64,000 nucleotides of DNA from Clostridia bacterium (GTDB lineage Bacteria; Bacillota; Clostridia; Oscillospirales; Acutalibacteraceae), in assembly GCA_017466365.1 (NCBI GenBank), contig JAFTUG010000001.1, positions 14,797 to 78,796 of the forward strand. The letters are read 5' to 3'. Every line of letters begins with the position of its first letter. The stretch's first letter is position 1. The notes beneath the pieces are model-generated. The model ran no database searches and had not been told where the DNA came from. It worked only from the letters and a program-made list of their open reading frames with translations. Below are positions 39,723-49,868 of the stretch, piece after piece. Both the position numbers and the translations under genes were made by a program.

Positions 39723-41749
39723 CTCTTGCAAAAACGGCGGGGTTTTGCTTCGGCGTTGACAGAGCTGTCAATATGGCTTACGAAATAGCGGAAAAGGGCA
39801 TTGATGCCGCAACTCTCGGTCAGCTAATACATAATACATATGTAACAAATCAGCTTGCCGAAAAGGGAGTCGGAATAATTGATTTTCCGCAGCAATCTCG
39901 CAAAGGGCAGACCGTTATAATAAGGGCGCACGGTATCTCAAAGTCCGTATACGATGAGCTGGATTCTGTTGGTGCCGAAATTTGCGATGCCACCTGTCCG
40001 TTTGTAAAAAAAATCCACACCATAGTTTCGGAAAATTCGGATAGTGAGACCCCTGTTTTGATTGCAGGTGACCCTGCTCACCCCGAGGTAATGGGAATTA
40101 AAGGTCATTGTAAGGGCCGGGTATTTGTTTTTAAAAATCCCGCAGAACTTAAAAAAATTCTTGAAGAAAACAGGTTTTTGTGCGATAAAAGAATAATAGT
40201 TGTTTCGCAAACAACTTTTTCTCAAAATGATTGGAAAATTTGTAAAGAAAAAATAAAAATAGACTGTACAAATTCAAAAATATTTGATACAATATGCTTT
40301 GCGACCCGTCAAAGGCAGGATGAAGCTGCCGAACTTTCAAAAAAGAGCGATATGATGATAGTTATCGGCGGGCGGCACAGCTCAAACACGGTAAAGCTTA
40401 AGACCGTGTGCAGTGAAAACTGCGAAACATATTTGGTGGAAAGAGCCGATGAGCTCAAATCCATAGATTTTTCCAAATGCGCCGAAATCGGCGTGACGGC
40501 AGGGGCATCGACCCCTTCCGAAATAATTAAGGAGGTACTTTTAGCAATGTCCGAAATCGTAAAAGAAACCGCAAATATTCAGGTAGAGGAGGTGCCTTCT
40601 GAAGCAGCTATGACATCAGACGAGATGGATTTTTCCGCAGCACTTGAAGCTTCTTTGAGCAGCATGAGCACAGATCAGAAAGTCAAGGGCGTTGTCATGG
40701 GTATTACACCCACTGAAATCCAGGTTGATATCGGCAGAAAGCATGCCGGCTTTGTTCCCATGGATGAATACAGCTCCGACCCCAACGCAAATGCAGCAAA
40801 GGAACTCAAGATTGGTGACGAAATCGATCTTATCATAATGAAAACTAACGATGCGGAAGGTACCGTTATGCTTTCAAAGAGACGCTTCGATGCTCAGAAG
40901 TCATGGGTTGACATCATTGAAGCTGAAGAAGACGGCAGAATCCTCGAAGGCACAGTTGCAGAGGTTATTAAGGGCGGCGTACTTGTTGTTTCCAACAACG
41001 TTCGCGTATTTATCCCTGCTTCACTTGCAACAGAGCGCCGTGATGAGAACCTTGAAGATCTTCTCAAGAAGACTGTTAAGTTCCGCATCATTGAAGTTAA
41101 TAAGCAGCGCAGAAGAGCAGTAGGCTCAATCCGTGCCGTAATTAAGGAAGAAAAGAAGGAAGCAGCAGAAGCTTTCTGGGCAAAAGCAGAAGTTGGCCAG
41201 AAGTACAGCGGTGTTGTTAAGTCAATGACAAACTACGGTGCATTCGTTGATATCGGCGGCGTTGACGGTATGGTTCACATTTCCGAAATGTCATGGAAGC
41301 GCATCAAGAATCCTTCAGAAGTATTCTCAATCGGTCAGGAAGTTGATGTTTACATCAAGGCTCTTGACGCTGAAAACAAGAAGATTTCTCTTGGCTACAG
41401 ACGTGACGAGGATAATCCCTGGGAAATTCTCAGAAAGAACTATCCTGTTGATTCAGTTCTTGAAGCAGAAATCGTTGGTCTCACAACCTTCGGTGCTTTT
41501 GCAAGAGTTATTCCCGGCATTGACGGCCTTATCCACATTTCACAGATTGCTGACCGTCATATCAGCAAGCCTCAGGATGTTCTTAAGGTTGGCGAAAAGG
41601 TTACCTGCAAGCTTACTGCAGTTGACTATGATAAGAAGCGTGTAAGCCTTTCAATCCGTGCTCTCCTCGAGCCCGCTGAAGAAGCTGTTGAAGAAGCAGC
41701 TGAAGAGGCTCCCGTTGAAGAAGCTGCGGCAGAAGAAGCAGCTGAATAA
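39713..41749 (+). CDS. ispH: Bifunctional IspH (LytB) / 30S ribosomal protein S1
   Basis: AGFCFGV, DATCPFV, DTICFAT and GVTAGASTP, then four S1 repeats; TTG start at 39713 after GGAG. Confidence 0.93.
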   Translation: MRITLAKTAGFCFGVDRAVNMAYEIAEKGIDAATLGQLIHNTYVTNQLAEKGVGIIDFPQQSRKGQTVIIRAHGISKSVYDELDSVGAEICDATCPFVKKIHTIVSENSDSETPVLIAGDPAHPEVMGIKGHCKGRVFVFKNPAELKKILEENRFLCDKRIIVVSQTTFSQNDWKICKEKIKIDCTNSKIFDTICFATRQRQDEAAELSKKSDMMIVIGGRHSSNTVKLKTVCSENCETYLVERADELKSIDFSKCAEIGVTAGASTPSEIIKEVLLAMSEIVKETANIQVEEVPSEAAMTSDEMDFSAALEASLSSMSTDQKVKGVVMGITPTEIQVDIGRKHAGFVPMDEYSSDPNANAAKELKIGDEIDLIIMKTNDAEGTVMLSKRRFDAQKSWVDIIEAEEDGRILEGTVAEVIKGGVLVVSNNVRVFIPASLATERRDENLEDLLKKTVKFRIIEVNKQRRRAVGSIRAVIKEEKKEAAEAFWAKAEVGQKYSGVVKSMTNYGAFVDIGGVDGMVHISEMSWKRIKNPSEVFSIGQEVDVYIKALDAENKKISLGYRRDEDNPWEILRKNYPVDSVLEAEIVGLTTFGAFARVIPGIDGLIHISQIADRHISKPQDVLKVGEKVTCKLTAVDYDKKRVSLSIRALLEPAEEAVEEAAEEAPVEEAAAEEAAE

Positions 41750-41798
41750 TAATGTTTTTTCACCGCCCGCAGTTTCTGTGGGCGGTTTTGTTTAGGAC

Positions 41799-42725
41799 GT
41801 GATTAATATTAATAATAAAGGCAAATTTCTCGGACCGTTTTACTGTATACTTGCCGCTGTTGTTTGGGGACTTTCGTTTGTAGCCCAGAGCGAGGGTGCG
41901 GAAATAGGTACCTTCACATTCAACGGCATAAGAACACTTATCGGCGGTATTGTTCTTGTTCCGCTTGTATTAATCAGCTTTATCGGCGAAAACAAGAAGC
42001 TGCCGGATGGTGAGAAAAAGAAATTTCCTTTCAAGGATGTAATTATCGGCGGTATTTGCTGCGGTATACCTCTTTTCTTCGGCGGAAATCTTCAGCAGCA
42101 TGCTTTTTTTCTTGATTTGGGGCCCGGTAAAGTTGGTTTTATCACAGCTCTTTATATGGTGCTCGTTCCCGTTGCTGGAATTTTTATGAGAAGAAAATTG
42201 CGTTTTAACATATGGCTCGGAGTTGCTCTCGGAGTTGTCGGTCTTTATCTTTTGAGTGTACCTGCAGGCGGATTTTCAATCGGCAAGGGTGAAATTATTG
42301 CTATTTGCGGTGCATTTGCATTTGCAGCACATATCCTTGTTATTGATTATTTCTGCCAGAAGGTCAATAATATCGCACTTTCCTGCGCTCAATTCTTTGT
42401 TGCAGGCATTCTTTCAATTGTTTGCATGTTCATTTTTGAAGAACCGAACATCGGCGATATCATGGGAGCATCAGTTCCCATTCTCTATGCAGGCATTATG
42501 AGCTGCGGTGTTGCTTTTACGGCACAGATTTTCGGCCAGAAGTATTCCGACCCGACTGTTGCCTCAATTTTGCTTTGCCTTGAATCCGTTTTCGCTGTAA
42601 TTTTCGGCCTTATCTTCCTTAACGATAAGCTTAACAGCCGAGAAACCTTTGGATGTATAATAATGTTTACGGCAATTATGCTTACCCAGATTCCCACGGA
42701 AAAATTTAAACTTAAGAGAAAATAA
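41799..42725 (+). CDS. DMT/EamA family transporter
   Basis: WGLSFVAQ, GFITALYMVLVP and LESVFA; about 10 TM segments. Confidence 0.9.
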   Translation: MININNKGKFLGPFYCILAAVVWGLSFVAQSEGAEIGTFTFNGIRTLIGGIVLVPLVLISFIGENKKLPDGEKKKFPFKDVIIGGICCGIPLFFGGNLQQHAFFLDLGPGKVGFITALYMVLVPVAGIFMRRKLRFNIWLGVALGVVGLYLLSVPAGGFSIGKGEIIAICGAFAFAAHILVIDYFCQKVNNIALSCAQFFVAGILSIVCMFIFEEPNIGDIMGASVPILYAGIMSCGVAFTAQIFGQKYSDPTVASILLCLESVFAVIFGLIFLNDKLNSRETFGCIIMFTAIMLTQIPTEKFKLKRK

Positions 42726-42744
42726 AAATCAGGAGTTTGGTGCT

Positions 42745-44496
42745 ATGTTAAACAAAATAATTTCCTTGATAATGTCTTTCATTCTTCCAGTAACAGGCTT
42801 TTTTTACACTTCACTCAACAATGTTATCGACTCCGTCAGCGAAATGGTTTTCGGTATTCCTTATACTGCGGAAGCAATTAAAGCTGATTTCTTTTCGGAA
42901 ATAGATGATAGTGATGTTGTTTCCGTTGATGAAAACAGCGGCTTTGTTGAAGATTTGATTGCGGTTTTTATTGAAAGTGATTTAAGCTTCTCTGAAAAAA
43001 TTGCTCTTTTCGGCAAGGCAGGCGGAACACTTGTAGGCTGGAGTACAGCTTCGGATTTATATGTTCTCCGTTATTATGCTATGAACTATAATCAGGTTAC
43101 GTCGAAGTGCGAAAAGCTTAAACAAAGTGACGGCGTATTATTTGCAATGCCCGTTACAACAACCAAGAATGTTTTGAATTCAACACCGAATGATCCGTTT
43201 GATGAGTTTGATTTCACAACTCCCGAATGGGATGAGCTTAATCCTCAAGGCAGCAATTGGTGGATTGAGGCTGTTCAGGCAAGGCAGGCATGGGATTATT
43301 CCGAATATTTCAGCAAAGTCAATATAGGTATCATTGATGCCGGATTTGACACTGACCATCCTGAATTTGACGGAAGAATATCATTCCCGAATGAAAGGCT
43401 TGCAGGCAGAAATAATCAGGATTATCACGGCTGCCATGTTGCGGGTATAATCGGTGCAAACAGAAACAACGGTGTCGGAATTGCAGGAATATGCGATAAT
43501 TCGCAGCTTATCTGTGTTGACTGGCATCCCGAGCTTCTTCAGTTCTGGAACACCGAGCTTGCCGTTTTCTTCGGATTATCGGAGATTGTAAAAGCAGGCG
43601 CAAAGGTTGTTAATCTTTCTCTCGGCACTTCAGGCTCAAAGAATACGGACGGCAACAGCTTCTGGGATGAATTCATCGTTTCGGCAGCTCTTTCAATTAT
43701 GATGTCGTCTCTGCTTTCAAAGGGCTATGATTTTGTTGCCGTTCAGTCAGCAGGTAACGGAGATTACTTCGGTGAACCCATGAATGCGGAATATAACGGA
43801 CATTTTGCTGCTCTTTGGGAGGGCAATATAATTACCACAGGCGGTATATCGGCTCAAGATATACTTGACAGAATTATAATCGTTGCTTGCGCAGATAATA
43901 ACGGTAACGGCAGTTATACACAGTCTGATTTTACCAATGTAGGTTCTGCGGTAACCATCGCCGCACCCGGCAGCGATATATACAGCTGCTCAACCGATGC
44001 CGGATATGAATATCTTTCTGGAACGTCGATGGCTGCCCCGATTGTGACGGGTGTTGCTTCACTTGTATGGTCGGTTAATTCAAGCTTTACCGGCTCGCAG
44101 GTTAAGGAAATCGTTTGCAGTTCAACCGAGGCTGTGGCTGAAATTAACGAGGATTATGAATATGTGTACGAGGTTGACCTTATGGAATATCCCATGGTCA
44201 ATGCAAAGCTTGCCGTTGAAGAGGCGATAAGGCGTACCGATTCAACGGTGGGAACGGTAAGCGGCAAGGTAATCGGTGATAATGTTTCCGAAATAGTTTA
44301 TAACGGCAAATCACACACGATTTTTTCTGACGGAACATATTCTTTCGTTGCTTCGTCAGGCAGCGGCGTTGCCAAGATTCTCGATAATAACGGAAATGAA
44401 ATTGGTTCGTTTGATGTAGCTGTTGAAGTCGGAAAAGAAACTTCTGCAGGGGAATACATGATAAATTCGGGCTCGGTAAACGAACTGGTTATTTAA
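42745..44496 (+). CDS. S8 family serine peptidase
   Basis: IIDAG (Asp), HGCHVAG (His), SAGN (oxyanion) and GTSMAAP (Ser). Confidence 0.92.
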   Translation: MLNKIISLIMSFILPVTGFFYTSLNNVIDSVSEMVFGIPYTAEAIKADFFSEIDDSDVVSVDENSGFVEDLIAVFIESDLSFSEKIALFGKAGGTLVGWSTASDLYVLRYYAMNYNQVTSKCEKLKQSDGVLFAMPVTTTKNVLNSTPNDPFDEFDFTTPEWDELNPQGSNWWIEAVQARQAWDYSEYFSKVNIGIIDAGFDTDHPEFDGRISFPNERLAGRNNQDYHGCHVAGIIGANRNNGVGIAGICDNSQLICVDWHPELLQFWNTELAVFFGLSEIVKAGAKVVNLSLGTSGSKNTDGNSFWDEFIVSAALSIMMSSLLSKGYDFVAVQSAGNGDYFGEPMNAEYNGHFAALWEGNIITTGGISAQDILDRIIIVACADNNGNGSYTQSDFTNVGSAVTIAAPGSDIYSCSTDAGYEYLSGTSMAAPIVTGVASLVWSVNSSFTGSQVKEIVCSSTEAVAEINEDYEYVYEVDLMEYPMVNAKLAVEEAIRRTDSTVGTVSGKVIGDNVSEIVYNGKSHTIFSDGTYSFVASSGSGVAKILDNNGNEIGSFDVAVEVGKETSAGEYMINSGSVNELVI

Positions 44497-44511
44497 GAAA
44501 GGACGGTTTAT

Positions 44512-46194
44512 ATGGCAGAAATCAAAAAGCATTGGTATAAAGAAATGTCTGTTTATCAGGTTTGGCCCAGAAGCTTTTATGACGGTAACGGTGACGGTAT
44601 CGGCGATATCAAAGGTGTTATGGAAAAGCTTGATTACATAAAGAGCATAGGTGTTGATGCAATATGGTTTTCACCTCTTTATAAATCTCCGCAGCATGAC
44701 TATGGCTACGATATAGCCGATTATAAAAATATTGCTCCCGAATACGGCACGATTGAAGAATTCAAAGAGCTTCTTGATGCTGCTCACAGCAAGGGTCTTA
44801 AAATAATTATGGACCTTGTTATAAACCACACCTCGAATGAGCATGAGTGGTTTATCGAAAGTCAGAAGGGTCACGATAATCCATACCATGATTATTATTT
44901 CTGGCGCAAGGGTAAAAAGCCAAACGGCAAAAAGCCTCCCAATAACTGGCTTTCAACCTTTGCCGGTCCCGGATGGCATTATAACGAAAACCTTGATGAA
45001 TGGTATCTCACTCTTTTTGCAAAGGAACAGCCAGACCTCAATATGGATAACCCAAAAGTCCGTGAGGCAATCAAGGATATTATAAGATTCTGGCTTGATA
45101 TGGGTGTTGACGGCTTCCGTGAGGATGTTATTACTTTTATCTCAAAGAAAGAGGGACTTCCCAACGGTTTTCCGATTCCCGTTGCCTGCGGTATGGAGCA
45201 TTATAAATGCGGCCCGAATCTTGATAAATATCTTAAGGAATTCAGAGCTGTTACCGATAATTACGACTGCATGACAGTTGGCGAAGCACCGATGATGACA
45301 CCGAAGCTTGCGCTTCGTTTTATCAAAGAAGGTGCAGATCAAACTCTCAATATGATGTTCAACTTCCAGCATATGGAAGCGGATTCATTTATGGTAAGCT
45401 GGGTGCCGATGCCCTTCAGTCTCAACAAACTTAAGAGTGCATATAACAGGTGGCAGCATAAGCTTTACGGAATTGCTTGGAATGCTAATTACATTGAAAA
45501 CCACGATCAGCCCAGAATCATCAGCCGTTACGGCAGCGAAAAATACAGAGTGGAAAGCGGAAAAATGCTTGCAACAATGTATATCTGTCAGAGCGGTACA
45601 CCGTTTATTTATCAGGGTCAGGAAATCGGTATGACCAACATAAAGTTTGACAGTGTTGACAGATACACCGATACACAGGTGAAGAGTACATATCAGCTTT
45701 TCAAAAAGCTCGGATTTACGGATAAGATGTTCCTTAAGATTGCAAACCGTGCTTCCCGTGATAACGCAAGAACTCCCGTTCAGTGGTCTGCAGAGAAGAA
45801 TGCAGGATTCACAACTGCAGATAAACCGTGGTTTGAGATAAACGAAAATTATTCGCAAATAAACGTTGAAGCGGCAGAAAAAGACGAAAACTCAATTCTT
45901 AATTATTACAGAAAGCTTCTTAAATTCCGCAAGGAAAACGAAATCTGCATTTACGGCGATTTCAAGCTTCATTATCCGCGCAGCAGAAAACTCTTCGTTT
46001 ATGAAAGAAATTATGAGGGCAAGAGAATGCTTGTTATAAACTCTTTCTCCGAAGAAGCAGTCAGCTTTGATGCACCGAAGGGCTTTGATTTGGGCAAAGG
46101 AAAGCTTATGCTTTCAAACTATGATGTTATTGACAGCAGTCTCAATACCTTCGTGCTCAAGCCCTTTGAAACAAGAGTTTATTTGTTTGATTAA
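44512..46194 (+). CDS. GH13 alpha-glucosidase / oligo-1,6-glucosidase
   Basis: YQVWPRSF.D.NGDGIGD, DLVINHTS, GVDGFRED, VGE and ENHDQPR. Confidence 0.92.
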   Translation: MAEIKKHWYKEMSVYQVWPRSFYDGNGDGIGDIKGVMEKLDYIKSIGVDAIWFSPLYKSPQHDYGYDIADYKNIAPEYGTIEEFKELLDAAHSKGLKIIMDLVINHTSNEHEWFIESQKGHDNPYHDYYFWRKGKKPNGKKPPNNWLSTFAGPGWHYNENLDEWYLTLFAKEQPDLNMDNPKVREAIKDIIRFWLDMGVDGFREDVITFISKKEGLPNGFPIPVACGMEHYKCGPNLDKYLKEFRAVTDNYDCMTVGEAPMMTPKLALRFIKEGADQTLNMMFNFQHMEADSFMVSWVPMPFSLNKLKSAYNRWQHKLYGIAWNANYIENHDQPRIISRYGSEKYRVESGKMLATMYICQSGTPFIYQGQEIGMTNIKFDSVDRYTDTQVKSTYQLFKKLGFTDKMFLKIANRASRDNARTPVQWSAEKNAGFTTADKPWFEINENYSQINVEAAEKDENSILNYYRKLLKFRKENEICIYGDFKLHYPRSRKLFVYERNYEGKRMLVINSFSEEAVSFDAPKGFDLGKGKLMLSNYDVIDSSLNTFVLKPFETRVYLFD

Positions 46195-46198
46195 CAGA

Positions 46199-46234
46199 AA
46201 AATCCCCGTGAATTCATTGATTCACGGGGATTTG
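46199..46234. terminator. Bidirectional terminator
   Basis: AAATCCCCGTGAAT..ATTCACGGGGATTT. Confidence 0.8.
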
Positions 46235-46245
46235 TTAATGTTTAA

Positions 46246-47919
46246 TTATGCTGCGGAATAAGCGAGATTTTTTCTGATGTTATCGCAGAAGTTCTTTGAA
46301 ACCATGTTAATCCATGTGTCGTGCTTCTTAACTTTGTATTCGCCGTCTTCAGCAAGAACAGCTTCTTCATAAGCTGTAAGAGCTTCTGTACCCTTTGCCT
46401 CTCTGATTGCATGGTCCCAGTCGGTATCATCTGTATTGTCGCTTACGAAATACATGATGTGATAGCCGTATTCTGTTTCAACAATACCGTAATCTCCTGC
46501 TTTTCTTGCATCGTCAAATGACCATTCTTCAAAAGAAGCAACATAGTTATCTGTGGTTCTGATGCCTTCGTAAAGACCGCCTGTTTCTTTGGATGCGGTG
46601 TCTGCTGTGTTATTCTTAACCATTTCGGCAAAGCTTTCTTCAGTCTTTTCGCCTGCAAGCCATTCATCAAGAAGAGCCTTTGCTTTCTTTTGAGCTGCTT
46701 CTTTTTCTTTATCTGTAACATTTGAAGAATCTTCTGCTTCAAACTCAACAAGGCAATGACGAACATCAACGCTGTTCATTGCATAGATAGGCTTAACACT
46801 GTATACTATGTAAACAGCTTTATCGCCTACTATCATGTTCTTATCGCCTGCTTTGCGTGCCGCATCAAATGCCCAATCAGCAACCTTATCGCATGTTGAT
46901 GTGCTAAGTGAGCTGTAAGTTGTAATTTCGGAAAGAGTGGTGTAATCCTCGTCTGAAGGATTTTCTTTGCCTTCGTTCTTGTAAGCTGTGATTGCTGCCT
47001 TGAAAGAAGCTTCATCGGTAAGCTTATCATAGATAGCTTTAGCTTCTGCTTCAACGTTTGCGTTTGCAGCCTTCTGTCTTTCGGCAAGAGCTTCTGTTGT
47101 TTCGCCATCGTTAAGAGTAAGAGTTGTGAATGCAAATGAGAAATAACGAACATCAGTATAGTCGTATACTTTTCTGTTTGCATCGTATTCAGCTTTTATA
47201 TCAGCATCTGAAACATTAGCTCTTACTTCGCTGTTCTTATCTTCAGCAAAATTCTGGGCGAGTGTTTCCATTTCAAGCTGCTTTCTGAAAGCCTTTTCGT
47301 TGAAACCGCCGCCGAAGCTTTCACGAAGGTATGCATTAAGAGAATAGTTGTTTGTAGAAGCTTCTTCTCTGTAGCTTTCGATGGTTTCGTTGATTTCTTT
47401 CTTTTCATCGTCGGAGAGTGTGTAGCCTGCCTTAACAGCTTCGTTATAGTAAGCATAAACGAACTGTGCATAGTTAACAGCTGAATCCTTGAAAACTTCA
47501 TCCCATGTAAGAACGTTGCCGTCTTCGTCAGTCTGTGTGGAATCTTGCTCATCGGGGGGAACACTTGTGTCAAATCCCATGTTTGCGCCCTGCTGTGCAT
47601 ACATGTCTGCATAGTAAGCCATCTGCTGATACTGTGAAGTATAGTAGTAGTTGAATTGAGCAGCGGTGATTTTATCGTCGCCGATGTTAACAGCGGTAAC
47701 CGCTCTTTCGATGATGCCGAGACTGTCAACAATCTTCCATGCAATGCCGCCTACTATTGCAACTGCAAGAACAACGGCAACAACCTTTTTAAGTATACTC
47801 GCTGCAGCCGTTCTTTTTTCAATGCTTTTGGCATTCTTTTTTGCGGCTTTGGCAATTCTTGCCTTGCGTTCCTCGCGGTAAACTTCAGCTTTGCTCATTG
47901 AGCTTTCATTTTTTGCCAT
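46246..47919 (-). CDS. Membrane-anchored PpiC-type peptidyl-prolyl isomerase (PrsA/SurA-like foldase)
   Basis: Basic N-terminus + TM segment, VDVRHCL, GGLY and VETEYGYHIMY. Confidence 0.88.
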   Translation of the reverse strand: MAKNESSMSKAEVYREERKARIAKAAKKNAKSIEKRTAAASILKKVVAVVLAVAIVGGIAWKIVDSLGIIERAVTAVNIGDDKITAAQFNYYYTSQYQQMAYYADMYAQQGANMGFDTSVPPDEQDSTQTDEDGNVLTWDEVFKDSAVNYAQFVYAYYNEAVKAGYTLSDDEKKEINETIESYREEASTNNYSLNAYLRESFGGGFNEKAFRKQLEMETLAQNFAEDKNSEVRANVSDADIKAEYDANRKVYDYTDVRYFSFAFTTLTLNDGETTEALAERQKAANANVEAEAKAIYDKLTDEASFKAAITAYKNEGKENPSDEDYTTLSEITTYSSLSTSTCDKVADWAFDAARKAGDKNMIVGDKAVYIVYSVKPIYAMNSVDVRHCLVEFEAEDSSNVTDKEKEAAQKKAKALLDEWLAGEKTEESFAEMVKNNTADTASKETGGLYEGIRTTDNYVASFEEWSFDDARKAGDYGIVETEYGYHIMYFVSDNTDDTDWDHAIREAKGTEALTAYEEAVLAEDGEYKVKKHDTWINMVSKNFCDNIRKNLAYSAA

Positions 47920-48053
47920 AACTGTTCATCCTTTACTTTTATAATAGTTGCCGACCGAACAAAATCGGCACAATACACATATATTATACTATTTTTATAA
48001 TTTTTACAAGCTTTTTTTGAAAATTAATAATCGGTTTGTATTTTATTAATAAA

Positions 48054-49031
48054 TTACTTGCTCGGATTTGTGAGTGTACCGTTCAGAAATTCGTTCTTAA
48101 ACCACACATCTTCAACCGAAAAGCTTTTACCGTTCAGGTAATCAAGTATTCCCGAATCAGTTGTAAATGCAAACTTAAGTCTGTAAGAATAAAGGAACTG
48201 CTTTTTATAGCCCAAAGCTTTATTGAGGGCATTTGTGCCGTACTTTCCGTCACCGAGAAGGGGATGACCGATGCTTGAAAAATGTGCCCTTATCTGATGT
48301 GTTCTTCCTGTTAAAAGCTCAACCTCAACAAGACTTAAGCTGTCACGTTCGGAAATAACTGAATATTTTGTGCGGATTTCCTTGGAATTAGGCATCTGTT
48401 TATCAAAAACCTTAACTTTGTTTTTGTTTTCATCTTTAATGAGCCAGCCGGTAAGAGTACCGCATTTTTTCTTCAGCTTTCCGTGTATAACGCAAAGATA
48501 ATATTTTTCGAGCTCTCTGTCCTTGAGCTTCTGATTAAGAATTCGGAGACTCTCGGCGTTTTTGGCTGCAATAACAATTCCGCCTGTGTTTCTGTCTATT
48601 CTGTTAACAAGAGCGGGTGTGAAAGAGTGCTCATCCTTCGGGTCATAGTCGCCTTTCTCATAAAGATATCTTTTTACCCTTGTGATAAGAGTGTCATTAT
48701 ATTCCGTTTCGTCGGGGTGTGAAAGAAGCCCAACCTTTTTATCAAGCAGAAGAATATTTTCATCCTCATATACAATATCAAGCTTTTTTGAGGCTGAAAG
48801 AAAATCATAGTGTTCATCGGAAGGAGCGAAAAATTCATCGTTAATATACATGTCAACTATATCTCCTTCAATGAGCTTCGTGGAAATATCGCCTCTTTTT
48901 GAATTGATTTTTATTCTTTTTGTTCTGATATATTTATACATCAGTGATTTAGGCAGTGCAGGCACCGCTTTTGATATAAACTTATCAAGTCTTTGACCCG
49001 AATCGTTTTTTGAAATTGTAAATGATTTCAA
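48054..49031 (-). CDS. RluA/RluC family pseudouridine synthase
   Basis: S4 domain QRLDKF, NRIDRNTGG, TGRTHQIR and GHPLLGDGKYG. Confidence 0.93.
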   Translation of the reverse strand: MKSFTISKNDSGQRLDKFISKAVPALPKSLMYKYIRTKRIKINSKRGDISTKLIEGDIVDMYINDEFFAPSDEHYDFLSASKKLDIVYEDENILLLDKKVGLLSHPDETEYNDTLITRVKRYLYEKGDYDPKDEHSFTPALVNRIDRNTGGIVIAAKNAESLRILNQKLKDRELEKYYLCVIHGKLKKKCGTLTGWLIKDENKNKVKVFDKQMPNSKEIRTKYSVISERDSLSLVEVELLTGRTHQIRAHFSSIGHPLLGDGKYGTNALNKALGYKKQFLYSYRLKFAFTTDSGILDYLNGKSFSVEDVWFKNEFLNGTLTNPSK

Positions 49032-49128
49032 GAGAATCTCTCCAAACGGAATAATATTAAAAAATATCTTTTCAAATAAGAAAAAATGCTGTATAATAAT
49101 AAAATATTAGTAAAAATTGGGAGCGCTG

Positions 49129-49842
49129 ATGTTGAACGATAAGAACATTAATAACAACAATCCTCATAAAAACCACAGGGCAAGATTGAGAGAAACCTTC
49201 AGAAAAGCAGGAGTGGACGGAATGCCCGACCATAACATTCTTGAGCTTCTTCTCTTTTATTCCATACCCAGAAAGGATACAAATGAGCTTGCCCACAAGC
49301 TTATTGCCGAATTCGGCTCTCTCACCAGAGTTTTTGATGCAACATATGAGCAGCTTCTGGATATTGACGGGATGGGAGAAAGCTCTGCGTTGCTTATTTC
49401 GCTGATACCCGGTTTGTGCAGGCGGTATACCGAGGGTAAGTCAAAAGGCAAAATTAATCTTTCCGAGCATGAAAATGCCGAAAAATATCTTGTTGAAAAA
49501 TTCTATGGCTGCAAAACCGAAATTTTTTATATGCTTTGCCTTGACGGAGTAGGGAATCTGATAAATTGCTGTAAACTCGGTGAAGGAACACCGGAAACCG
49601 TTCTTATCGATAAGCGCTATGTAATGCAAATTGCTTTCAGAAACGATGCGGATAAAATAATATTTGCTCATAATCATCCGAAGGGTATTGCCGCACCTTC
49701 AAGAAATGACCTTGAGCTGACAAACGATTTTTCATCAATGTTTTCTTCAGTCGGAATAAGGCTTGTTGACCATATTATCGTTGCCGGCAACGATTCCGTT
49801 TCGCTCGCATCTGTTGAAAAGTTTAAAAAACTATTTATTTAG
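49129..49842 (+). CDS. radC: RadC family JAB-domain protein
   Basis: HRARLR, LELLLFYSIPRKDTNELAH, HNHPKG..PS..D and DHII. Confidence 0.92.
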   Translation: MLNDKNINNNNPHKNHRARLRETFRKAGVDGMPDHNILELLLFYSIPRKDTNELAHKLIAEFGSLTRVFDATYEQLLDIDGMGESSALLISLIPGLCRRYTEGKSKGKINLSEHENAEKYLVEKFYGCKTEIFYMLCLDGVGNLINCCKLGEGTPETVLIDKRYVMQIAFRNDADKIIFAHNHPKGIAAPSRNDLELTNDFSSMFSSVGIRLVDHIIVAGNDSVSLASVEKFKKLFI

Positions 49843-49868
49843 GCTGCCGATAAAGGCAGCCTTTTCTA

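Noticed and set aside
49129-49842. radC as a marker of a mobile element
   Set aside because: Full-length chromosomal form in a housekeeping context.
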